Shown piece after piece: positions 10,663 to 18,586 of a stretch of DNA of 64,000 nucleotides. A model generated the notes under the pieces. That model did not search any database. It had not been told where the DNA came from and worked only from the letters and a program-made list of their open reading frames with translations. The translations under genes were made by a program, and so were the position numbers. The first letter of the stretch is position 1. Every line of letters begins with the position of its first letter. The stretch comes from an uncultured Bifidobacteriaceae bacterium (GTDB taxonomy: Bacteria; Actinomycetota; Actinomycetes; S36-B12). The stretch spans positions 19,642 to 83,641 of the forward strand of contig CAZQXO010000004.1 of assembly GCA_964597445.1 (NCBI GenBank), written 5' to 3'.

Positions 10663-11781
10663 ATGAGCGACTCGGCGCTGCGACAGACACCGCTGCACGA
10701 TCGGCATATCGCCGCCGGCGCCAAGATGGCGGACTTCGGCGGGTGGTCCATGCCGATCGAGTACGACGGAACCGTCGCCGAGCACACCGCCGTGCGAAGC
10801 GCTGTGGGCATCTTCGACGTCTCGCACATGGGCAAGGTCACGGTGTCGGGCCCGGGGGCGGCGGCATGGCTCAACTCTGTGCTCGCCAATGACCTTGATC
10901 GGATCGGCGCGGGTCAAGCGCAGTACTCCATGCTGCTGAACGATGACGGTGGTGTCGTGGACGACCTCATCGTCTACCGGTGGGCCGATGACGATCTCCT
11001 GATCATCCCGAATGCGGCCAATGCGGCCAGCGTCCTCGAGGTACTGAGGGCCTGCGTCCCGTCCGACATCCAGATCGACGACCGTCACGAGGACGACGGG
11101 ATCATCGCCGTCCAGGGGCCGCGCAGTGCCGACGTGATGCGCGCCCTCGGCCTTCCTGCCGACCACGACTACATGGCGATGCAGCGCGCTGAGTTCGCCG
11201 GTGCCCCGATCGTGGTCTGCCGGACGGGCTACACCGGCGAGCATGGCTACGAGCTCGTCGCTCCACGCGAAGTCCTGGGCAACCTGTGGGACGCGCTCAT
11301 CCAGGCCGGTGCTGAGTTCGGGCTCGTTCCCGCGGGCCTCGGTGCGCGCGACACCCTGCGCACCGAGATGGGCTATCCCCTGCACGGCCAGGACATCAGC
11401 CCGACGATCTCGCCGGTGCAGGCCATGCTGGGCTGGGCCATCGGCTGGGATAAGCCGGCCTTCGCCGGATCCGATGCCCTCCGGGCCGAGCGGGAGAAGG
11501 GTCCTGCCAGGCGGCTGCGCGGGCTCCTCGCCCTCGAGCGCGGGATCCCCCGCCCCCACATGGTCGTGCACGCCCCCGGAACGACGGAGGAGCCCCTCGG
11601 AGGCGTCATCGTGGGTGAGGTGATGAGCGGCACGTTCTCGCCCACGATGAAGCAGGGCATCGCGCTTGCCCTGCTCGACTCCTCCATCGGGATCGATGAC
11701 GAGGTGGTCGTCGACCTGCGCGGCCGGGCCAGCAGGTTCCGCGTCGTGAAGCCGCCGTTCGTGCAGCCGTCGACCCGCTGA
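10663..11781 (+). CDS. gcvT: Glycine cleavage system aminomethyltransferase (T protein)
   Basis: ORF 10639..11781, likely starting at ATG 10663 (MSDSALRQTPLHDRHIAAGAKMADFGGWSMPIEY...FDVSHMGK). Confidence 0.93.
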   Translation: MSDSALRQTPLHDRHIAAGAKMADFGGWSMPIEYDGTVAEHTAVRSAVGIFDVSHMGKVTVSGPGAAAWLNSVLANDLDRIGAGQAQYSMLLNDDGGVVDDLIVYRWADDDLLIIPNAANAASVLEVLRACVPSDIQIDDRHEDDGIIAVQGPRSADVMRALGLPADHDYMAMQRAEFAGAPIVVCRTGYTGEHGYELVAPREVLGNLWDALIQAGAEFGLVPAGLGARDTLRTEMGYPLHGQDISPTISPVQAMLGWAIGWDKPAFAGSDALRAEREKGPARRLRGLLALERGIPRPHMVVHAPGTTEEPLGGVIVGEVMSGTFSPTMKQGIALALLDSSIGIDDEVVVDLRGRASRFRVVKPPFVQPSTR

Positions 11782-11797
11782 AGACCCGCTGAAGACC
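11773..11797. repeat. Perfect 11-bp tandem duplication (acccgctgaag x2.3) spanning the gcvT stop codon
   Basis: Read directly: acccgctgaag acccgctgaag acc. The TGA stop at 11779-11781 lies in copy 1. Confidence 0.9.
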
Positions 11798-11832
11798 TGC
11801 GACAGGGGGGTGTGCACGGCTAGCCTCACGTC

Positions 11833-12111
11833 ATGCCATCGGATGACGATCTTCGCCGTGCCGCTGAGAAGAGACTGCGAGCCAAAGCGACCTTCTGGCG
11901 CACGGCCCTGCTGTTCGTGATCATTTGGGCCGTGCTGGTCGTGGTGTGGGCTGTGACCGGCGCTGGTTCCTTCTGGCCGATGTGGGCCATCCTCGGAATG
12001 GGCATCGCGCTGGCGTTCATGGCTTGGGGCACCTTCCGACCAGCCAGCGGTCCGACGTCTGAGCAGATCGACGCGGAAGTCCGGCGCATGAAGGGCGACG
12101 GTCAGGGCTGA
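11833..12111 (+). CDS. 2TM-domain small membrane protein
   Basis: 92-aa ORF with charged termini flanking two hydrophobic helices (FWRTALLFVIIWAVLVVVWAV, FWPMWAILGMGIALAFMAW). Confidence 0.6.
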   Translation: MPSDDDLRRAAEKRLRAKATFWRTALLFVIIWAVLVVVWAVTGAGSFWPMWAILGMGIALAFMAWGTFRPASGPTSEQIDAEVRRMKGDGQG

Positions 12112-12869
12112 GTCTCAGCTGCGCCCGGCTCGATCAGGTCGAGCAGGGCGACGACCGTGCGGGCACCCCATCCGTCCTCGTCGGTGAGCCCCAGGGGAAG
12201 GCCCGGGGCCACGTCGATGCGCTCGCGGGCGGCCATCCGAGCCGGGTCCGTCGAGGTGGTCGCGGCTGTCCACCAGTGACGGGCCCGGTGAGCAAGGCGG
12301 TCCGCGACGAGGGCACCTGCCCACTCGTCCGTCCCATCCAGGAGGCAGGGGGTGCGGCGAGACGACGCGCCGATGAGCATGCCGGCCACGGCGGCGATGG
12401 GGGGCGTTCCCATGGCATCGAGCAGTGCGACGTGGTCGCCGAGGGACGACCGCTGCTCCGCCATGAGATCGCGGACCCCTGCGCACGCCGCCATCCACTC
12501 GACATCGGCCATGCCGGCCGGCTGATGGGTCACGGCCGACGCATCGCGCTTGGTCAGCAGGCCGATGATGCCCCGCGCCTCGAGGAGGTGTCTCTCACCC
12601 ACGCGCGGGACGAGCAGCGTGATCCCGGAGTCGATAGCCCGGTCGGCGTAGGTCAGGCCGAGGAGCAGCGCATCCACGGCGGATGACCCCGTCGCCTCGA
12701 CGACGATCTCCCGCGCCACCGGCCGCGCCTCCCCGGCTCGCTGCCTCCACCACACGTCGAGGTCACCGAGGGACCCGGTGAGGTGGGGTCGGGGGCGGTC
12801 CGGTTCGTCGGCGGGGGAGGTGATGCGGGCTATCGCCTCGCTCAGGGCCTCGGGAAGGGGTGCGCTCAT
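12102..12869 (-). CDS. Truncated, degenerate CobT-family (DMB phosphoribosyltransferase-like) paralog, function unknown
   Basis: By-eye alignment to the adjacent CobT. SLGDLDVWW aligns with ALGRLEDAAIW, ITLLVPRVGERHLL with ADILIAGDMGIGNTT, IAAVAGMLIGA with IAAMAGYLAQA, LLDGTDEWAGALVA with VLDGIVSCSAALLA, and LGLTDEDGWGARTVVALLDLI with LDLRLGEGTGALMALPLLSAA. It is about 100 aa shorter. Last gene of the riboswitch operon. Confidence 0.6.
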   Translation of the reverse strand: MSAPLPEALSEAIARITSPADEPDRPRPHLTGSLGDLDVWWRQRAGEARPVAREIVVEATGSSAVDALLLGLTYADRAIDSGITLLVPRVGERHLLEARGIIGLLTKRDASAVTHQPAGMADVEWMAACAGVRDLMAEQRSSLGDHVALLDAMGTPPIAAVAGMLIGASSRRTPCLLDGTDEWAGALVADRLAHRARHWWTAATTSTDPARMAARERIDVAPGLPLGLTDEDGWGARTVVALLDLIEPGAAETQP

Positions 12870-12905
12870 CCCTCACCCCTCGTGCTGGTCACGCGCCGAT
12901 GCCTA

Positions 12906-13679
12906 TCACGTCATGACCAGCAGGACGAGGACTCCGGCGGTGGCGAGCTCACCTGTCGCGCCCAGGGTGTCGCCGGTGATGCCGCCCAGGCGACGTCGCG
13001 CGATGATGCTGAGCGCGACGCCGGCCACCAGGCCACCGGCGATGCTGACGGCGGTGCCGAGGGCGGCCGCCGGGCCGTGGGCGCGTCCGACGGACCCCGC
13101 GAACAGCAGCGCCCATCCGAGCACCGTGAGCCACGCAGCCCACGAGGGCACGGCACCGGCCACTGTCGCCCCAAGCCCGTCCGGGCGCGCGGCGGGGAAG
13201 GCCGGCGTGCAGGAGACCGTCATGGCCACTCGGCCGATCACCACGGCGATCACCACGGCTCCGGCTCCGGCCCCGCGGTCGAGAAGGTCACCGAGGGCGA
13301 TCACCTGGAGCAGCAGGACGAGGACGAGCGTCACGACGCCGAAGGGTCCGATGTCGGAGCGTCGGGCGATCTCCAGGGCGTGGGCTGCGGGTCGACCGCT
13401 GCCGAGGGCGTCGGCGGTGTCCGCGAGTCCGTCCAGGTGCAGGGCGCGCGTGAGCCAGGCGAGCACGCTGACCGTCAGCGCGGCAGCGAGCAGGCCGGGC
13501 GTGGACGTGGCGTTGACGAGGACCTGGGCCAGCACGCCGACGATGACGGTGGGGACGAGCATCACCACGGGCCCCAGCAGCATCGCCGCGCGCGCCTGTC
13601 TCCGGCCGACTGAGGAGGGCGCGGGGACGGGGATCCGCGTGAAGGTGCCGATCGCCAGGCGCCAGCCGTCAGTGCTCAC
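12906..13679 (-). CDS. cobS: Adenosylcobinamide-GDP ribazoletransferase (cobalamin 5'-phosphate synthase)
   Basis: Polytopic membrane protein with the motifs AIGTFTRIPVP and HLDGLADTADALGS. Confidence 0.9.
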   Translation of the reverse strand: MSTDGWRLAIGTFTRIPVPAPSSVGRRQARAAMLLGPVVMLVPTVIVGVLAQVLVNATSTPGLLAAALTVSVLAWLTRALHLDGLADTADALGSGRPAAHALEIARRSDIGPFGVVTLVLVLLLQVIALGDLLDRGAGAGAVVIAVVIGRVAMTVSCTPAFPAARPDGLGATVAGAVPSWAAWLTVLGWALLFAGSVGRAHGPAAALGTAVSIAGGLVAGVALSIIARRRLGGITGDTLGATGELATAGVLVLLVMT

Positions 13680-14739
13680 GATCCGTCACCCCCGCGCTCG
13701 CGAAGGTCGCCATCTCCGCGAGGGTGGTCGCGGCCGCCGAGAGGAGCGGGAGAGCCATCAGCGCCCCGGTGCCCTCACCGAGTCGCAGGTCGAGGTCCAG
13801 GAGCGGGGCGAGTCCGAGGGAGGCCAGGGCGATGCGCGCGGCGGGCTCCGTGGACACGTGGCCGCCGATCATCCAGGCGCGCGCTCCGGGGCGTACGGCA
13901 TCGGCGAGGAGTGCGGCGCTGCAGGAGACGATTCCGTCGAGGACCATCGGCATGCCGCGCGCGGCTGCCTGGGCGAGGTACCCCGCCATGGCTGCGATGT
14001 CCGGAGACCCGACGGTGGCGACCAGGCGGAGGGGGTCGGCCACCCAGGGGCGTCCCCGCTCCATCGCGGTGGCCACAGCGCGTTGCTTTCGCAGGAGCAC
14101 CTCGTCCGTGACACCCGTGCCGCGGCCGGTGACGTCCTCGGCGGACCGGTCGGTCAGCAGGCCGATGAGGGTCGCTGCCACGGTGGTGTTGCCGATGCCC
14201 ATGTCGCCGGCGATCAGGATGTCGGCTCCCGCATCGATGGCCTCGTCGGCCAGGTCGCGTCCGAGGCTCACGGCGGTCTCGGTCTCCTGCGGACTCATGG
14301 CGTCCTCGCGGTCGATGGATCCACTGCCGCGGCGCACGCGGCGCGCGGCGATGAGCGGATCACTGTCGTCGAGGTAGTGCGCATCGGCGTCGACGCTGAC
14401 ATCGATGACGCGCATGCGGGCGCCGAACTGGCGGGCCAGCACGTTCGCGGCGGCACCGCCGGTCGCGAAGTTGGCGACCATCTGTGCCGTCACCTCGGGA
14501 GGGTAGGCGGAGGTGCCGGCTTGGCGTGCGATGCCGTGGTCCCCGGCGAAGATCACGAGGTGCGGGGATCGGAACGGATGGGGTGGGCATTGACCCTGCA
14601 CCGACGCCATCCAGATGGCGGCATCCTCGAGTCGTCCCAGAGCGCCCAGCGGCTTGGTCAGTTGCGCCTGGCGTGCTCGGGCCGCGTCGGCGGCTGCGGA
14701 GGACGGAGTCGGGAGCCCACCTGCAGGGTGCGCGCGCAC
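13669..14739 (-). CDS. cobT: Nicotinate-nucleotide--dimethylbenzimidazole phosphoribosyltransferase
   Basis: GTG start at 14739. Motifs KPLGALGRLE, FAGDHG, GDMGIGNTT and LGEGTGA. 11-nt overlap with the cobS start. Confidence 0.93.
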   Translation of the reverse strand: MRAHPAGGLPTPSSAAADAARARQAQLTKPLGALGRLEDAAIWMASVQGQCPPHPFRSPHLVIFAGDHGIARQAGTSAYPPEVTAQMVANFATGGAAANVLARQFGARMRVIDVSVDADAHYLDDSDPLIAARRVRRGSGSIDREDAMSPQETETAVSLGRDLADEAIDAGADILIAGDMGIGNTTVAATLIGLLTDRSAEDVTGRGTGVTDEVLLRKQRAVATAMERGRPWVADPLRLVATVGSPDIAAMAGYLAQAAARGMPMVLDGIVSCSAALLADAVRPGARAWMIGGHVSTEPAARIALASLGLAPLLDLDLRLGEGTGALMALPLLSAAATTLAEMATFASAGVTDREH

Positions 14740-14740
14740 G

Positions 14741-16117
14741 TCAGCATCCCTCGGTCAGGTCGAGGGTGCGGCCGGCGACGACCAGGAGCGTCCGGTCGCA
14801 GGCATCCGCCATGGCGATGTTGGCGATGCCGAGCAGGTCGCGGAAGAGACGGCCGCTCGGCGTGGCAGGCACGACGCCCATGCCCACCTCGTTCGAGACG
14901 ACGATGACGTCACGGGGATGCCGCGTGACCGCCGTGCAGAGGTCATCGATGCGCAGGCGGGCCTCGGACAGCACGGCATCCCTGTCCCCGGACTCCCAGC
15001 GGTGCCAGGCGTCGATGTCGTCGAGTTGAGCCGTGAGCCACAGGGCAAGGCAGTCGATCAGGCACGGCCCTTCGGTGTTGGACAGAACGGAGACAACGTC
15101 AGTGCTCTCCACGGTCACCCACGTGGCCTGTCGTCGTGAGCGGTGCGCGGCCACGCGAACCTCCCACTCCGGATCGTCGGGGCGCGTGCCACCGGTGGCC
15201 ACGTAGGTGACGTCGGCGTGTGTGGCGAGCAGGGACTCCGCCTGGCGTGACTTGCCGGATCGTGCGCCGCCGAGGAGAAGGGTGTGGTGCGGTGCAGTCC
15301 CGCTGGTGTCGATCGTCATGAAGTCCTCCGGAAGCTCGATGCCGATCGCTGCGAGTCGCGGCCGGAGTTCCTCGGTCGGCGGATTGTGGTGGCTGAGGTG
15401 CGTGGCGAGGACCCGTGTCGCGTCGTTGATCGATCCGTGCTGGCGCAGCGCGTCGATCTGCGTGGGCAGGGTCGCGAGATCCAGGTGACCGGTCCCGTGG
15501 TCGAGCGTGTCGCCGAAGGTCGCGTCGATGAGCACGACATCGTGGGCGACCGCCGGCAGGTCCAGGGAAGCGGGGTCGAACGGGCCGGTGTCCGTCGCGT
15601 AGAGAAGGGTTCTACCGTCGATCGCGGTGAGGGAGTAGAGCACGGCGTCGGCAGCGTGGATGTCGCCGTTGCCGTGGTCATGTCGAGCCGTCACCACGCG
15701 CATCTGGACGTCGCCCTGAGAGGTGGTCAGGGTGATCTCGTCTCCAGCGCGAACGACGTGCAGCCGGTCCTGGTCCTGCGGTGCGCACCATTCGCGGCAG
15801 AGGTCGATCGCGGACGCCGGACCCCAGACATGGAGAGGACGCGTCTCCTCGACCCAGGATCGCGTGAGCAGGAATGCCGGATGGAGGTGATCCGGATGCC
15901 CGTGGGTGATGAGCACATGCTCGACCCGCGTGAGATCCATGCTGGCCGGCACGTGTGGAGTCGTCGGGCCGCAGTCGATGAGGATGACGTCGTCGACGAG
16001 CGCCGCGCTGGGACGGCGCGCCCGTCCGGCGCGTCGCTCGGTCCCGCACGACCGGCATGAGCAGAAGGGGTTGGGCCAGCCATCCGCTGAGCCTGTGCCG
16101 AGGAGGGTCACGCGCAT
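14741..16117 (-). CDS. cobU: Fusion protein: N-terminal PhnP-like MBL-fold metallohydrolase plus C-terminal adenosylcobinamide kinase/guanylyltransferase
   Basis: ORF 14741..16162 trimmed to ATG 16117 (MRVTLLGTGSADGWPNPFCSCRSCG). The N-terminal part carries the HxHxDH motif ITHGHPDHL. The C-terminal ~185 aa carry the P-loop LLLGGARSGKS and the CobU/CobP-type motif VVSNEVGMGVVP. Confidence 0.85.
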   Translation of the reverse strand: MRVTLLGTGSADGWPNPFCSCRSCGTERRAGRARRPSAALVDDVILIDCGPTTPHVPASMDLTRVEHVLITHGHPDHLHPAFLLTRSWVEETRPLHVWGPASAIDLCREWCAPQDQDRLHVVRAGDEITLTTSQGDVQMRVVTARHDHGNGDIHAADAVLYSLTAIDGRTLLYATDTGPFDPASLDLPAVAHDVVLIDATFGDTLDHGTGHLDLATLPTQIDALRQHGSINDATRVLATHLSHHNPPTEELRPRLAAIGIELPEDFMTIDTSGTAPHHTLLLGGARSGKSRQAESLLATHADVTYVATGGTRPDDPEWEVRVAAHRSRRQATWVTVESTDVVSVLSNTEGPCLIDCLALWLTAQLDDIDAWHRWESGDRDAVLSEARLRIDDLCTAVTRHPRDVIVVSNEVGMGVVPATPSGRLFRDLLGIANIAMADACDRTLLVVAGRTLDLTEGC

Positions 16118-16118
16118 G

Positions 16119-16967
16119 TCAGGACCCGGAGGGTGGGGCGGCCACGAACTCCGGTCGGGCATGGAACGCGGCCTTGCGTGCCATCCGGCGCAGGGCGAGC
16201 AGGATCGGACGTCCCGCCACCCAGATCAGGACGACCGTGAGCAGCGCTCGAGGGATGTCGTAGCCGAGTGATGTCACGAGGGAGAAGCGGATCCACGAGA
16301 GAAGGTTCTCCGGCATCGTCGCGCCCGCGGTGAAGGCGAGCTGCTCGGGAAGGGAGTCGAGGAAGGGCCAGAACCACAGGTTCATGAGAAAGCCGTAGGC
16401 GATGCAGGCGACCGCGGCGTAGATCGACAGGGCGAGGATCTCGCGACGCCCCGACCACCGCGACGGCAGGAGCCCGGCCCCCAGGCCGACCCACGCCGCC
16501 GCGAGCATCTGGAAGGGCAGCCAGGGTCCGACGCCACCGGTGAGCAGGGCCGACGCGAACAGGCCGATCGCCCCGAGGGCGAAGCCGAACCCGGGTCCGA
16601 GAGCGCGGGCGCCGAGAATGAGGATCACCCAGATCGGCTCCAGGCCGGCCGTGCCGCCACCGAGCGGTCGCAGCGCGGCGATGACGGCGCTGAGCACTCC
16701 CAGCATGGCGATCGCCTTCGCATCCATGCCGCCGTCACTCATCTGGGCGAGCACGACGATGAGCAGGACGGGAACGATGAGGGCGAAGAGGAGTGGTGCA
16801 TCCGTGGCGTGCGCGACGGCTGCGGACCCGGGCGCCGCGACGAGGGGCCAGATGAAGGCGACGAGGCCGATGGCCGACGCGACGCCGATCGCGATGCGTG
16901 ACGCGGGACCGAGTCGCACCGCGTGCGTGGTCACGGGGGTGGTGGAGGCCGGCAGGAGTGCTGTCAT
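16119..16967 (-). CDS. Putative ECF-transporter substrate-capture (S) component, unusually large (about 8 TM)
   Basis: 282-aa polytopic membrane protein directly after EcfT and EcfA1A2 with 4-nt and 1-nt junctions. The S-component assignment rests on context only. Confidence 0.55.
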   Translation of the reverse strand: MTALLPASTTPVTTHAVRLGPASRIAIGVASAIGLVAFIWPLVAAPGSAAVAHATDAPLLFALIVPVLLIVVLAQMSDGGMDAKAIAMLGVLSAVIAALRPLGGGTAGLEPIWVILILGARALGPGFGFALGAIGLFASALLTGGVGPWLPFQMLAAAWVGLGAGLLPSRWSGRREILALSIYAAVACIAYGFLMNLWFWPFLDSLPEQLAFTAGATMPENLLSWIRFSLVTSLGYDIPRALLTVVLIWVAGRPILLALRRMARKAAFHARPEFVAAPPSGS

Positions 16968-18586
16968 CCGACAGCCTCGGAATCCTGCAGCGCGTCTGCC
17001 ACCTGTTGGACCGTCAGCCAGGAGCCCGGAGCCAGGATCTTCGCGACCTGCGGTGCGAACATCGGGGACGCCGTCACCACGTGCGATGTCGGGCCGTCGG
17101 CCACGACCTCGCCGTCCGCCAGGATGATGACCCGGTCAGCGATCTCCGCCACGAGTTCGACGTCATGCGTCGCCAGCACGATGGTGTGTCCTGCGTCCGC
17201 AAGGTCGGCGAGGATGCCCGCAAGGCGTGCCTTCGTCGGATAGTCCAGCCCACGGGTGGGCTCATCGAGCAGGAGGAGCGGCGGACGCGCTGCGAGGATG
17301 ATGCAGAGGACGAGCAGCAGCCGCTGCCCCTCGGACAGGTCCCGAGGGTGAGCGCTGTCGACGATGTCGGGTGCCATGAGCGCGAGGAGCGCGCGGGTGG
17401 TGCCGAGATCCGCGCCCGCGTCACGGTCGGAGATCCGGCACTCCTCCGCAATCGTGGTGGCCTCCAGCAGGTCTGCCGGCTCCTGCGGCACGAGCCCGAC
17501 GGAGTGGAGCAGGCTCGCGCCGGTGAGTTCCCGGGGATCGGCCTCGCCGATCCGGACGGTGCCCGACGGGCGCGGGCCGACCCCCACGAGCGCGTGGAGC
17601 AGAGTGGACTTTCCCGCACCGTTGCGGCCCATCAGCGCCACGATCTCACCGGGATGTGCGGTCACGGACACATGGGAGAGCGCAGTAGCAGAGCCGTAGC
17701 GAACACTGACGTCGTCAGTGGTGACGAGCGGTGGGGCGGCGTCACGCACCGCACGCAGTCGCGGCTGCTGGCCGACGAGAAGATCGCGCAGGGATCCCGC
17801 GGCGCGCCGCGCATCGCGAACGGACAGGGGGAGAGGCTGCCACCCGGCCAGTCGGGCCAGTTCGACGACGGGAGGAGCGATCGGTGCCGTGCGCATCATC
17901 TCCGCCGGTGGGCCGAACGAGACCGGTCGCCCGTCGCCGGGGACGAGCAGCACCTGGTCGGCGTACTGCACGACCCGCTCGAGTCGGTGCTCGGCCATGA
18001 CGACGGTCACGCCCAGGTCATGCACCAGTCGCTGCAGCGCCGCGAGGACTTCCTCCGCGGCACCGGGGTCGAGGGCAGAGGTGGGCTCATCGAGCACTAG
18101 GACCCGCGGATGTGCTGCCAGCACCGCGCCGATCGCGACCCGCTGCCGCTGGCCCCCGGAGAGGGTGCGCAGTGCGCGCTGCCGGATGTCGGCAAGTCCG
18201 AGCAGGTCGAGAGTCTCCTCCACCCGTCGACGCATGACGTCCGGAGCAAGGCCGAGGCACTCCATCCCGTAGGCGAGCTCGTCCTCGACGGTGTCGGTCA
18301 CGAAGCTGCTCATCGGGTCCTGAGGCACGACCCCGACCAGGTCGGCCAGCTCCCGAGGTGGGTGGCTCGCGGTGTCGCGTCCATCGACGGTGATGCGCCC
18401 GGTCAGTGTGCCGCCGGTGAAATGGGGCACGAGTCCGTTCATCGCGCGCAGGAGAGTCGTCTTGCCGCTGCCCGTGCGTCCGACGACGAGCACGAGCTCG
18501 CCCTCGGGAATCCGCAGGCTCACGTGATCGAGCGTGGGTCGGACCTGACCGGGGTAGGTGATGCTGACGTCGTCGAACACGATCAT
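16964..18586 (-). CDS. ECF/ABC transporter ATPase with duplicated ATP-binding domains (EcfA1-A2 fusion, CbiO-like)
   Basis: ORF 16964..18832 trimmed to ATG 18586 (MIVFDDVSITY). Walker A GRTGSGKTT and GRNGAGKST, with signature motifs LSGGQRQR and LSEGQRLL. Confidence 0.9.
   Translation of the reverse strand: MIVFDDVSITYPGQVRPTLDHVSLRIPEGELVLVVGRTGSGKTTLLRAMNGLVPHFTGGTLTGRITVDGRDTASHPPRELADLVGVVPQDPMSSFVTDTVEDELAYGMECLGLAPDVMRRRVEETLDLLGLADIRQRALRTLSGGQRQRVAIGAVLAAHPRVLVLDEPTSALDPGAAEEVLAALQRLVHDLGVTVVMAEHRLERVVQYADQVLLVPGDGRPVSFGPPAEMMRTAPIAPPVVELARLAGWQPLPLSVRDARRAAGSLRDLLVGQQPRLRAVRDAAPPLVTTDDVSVRYGSATALSHVSVTAHPGEIVALMGRNGAGKSTLLHALVGVGPRPSGTVRIGEADPRELTGASLLHSVGLVPQEPADLLEATTIAEECRISDRDAGADLGTTRALLALMAPDIVDSAHPRDLSEGQRLLLVLCIILAARPPLLLLDEPTRGLDYPTKARLAGILADLADAGHTIVLATHDVELVAEIADRVIILADGEVVADGPTSHVVTASPMFAPQVAKILAPGSWLTVQQVADALQDSEAVG

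Noticed and set aside
8435-10666. 743-aa plus-strand ORF, and similar long ORFs at 12778..14907 +, 25666..28314 -, 30588..32234 -, 34007..35755 +, 53818..55497 + and 6330..7940 +
   Set aside because: All lie antisense to or out of frame with strongly recognisable conserved genes (lpd/pepA, cobT/cobS, nadA/adoK/aat, ctaD, qcrB, glpK, sucB). Their translations are Arg/Gly/Pro/Asp-rich low-complexity strings, as expected from stop-poor alternative frames in ~70% GC DNA.
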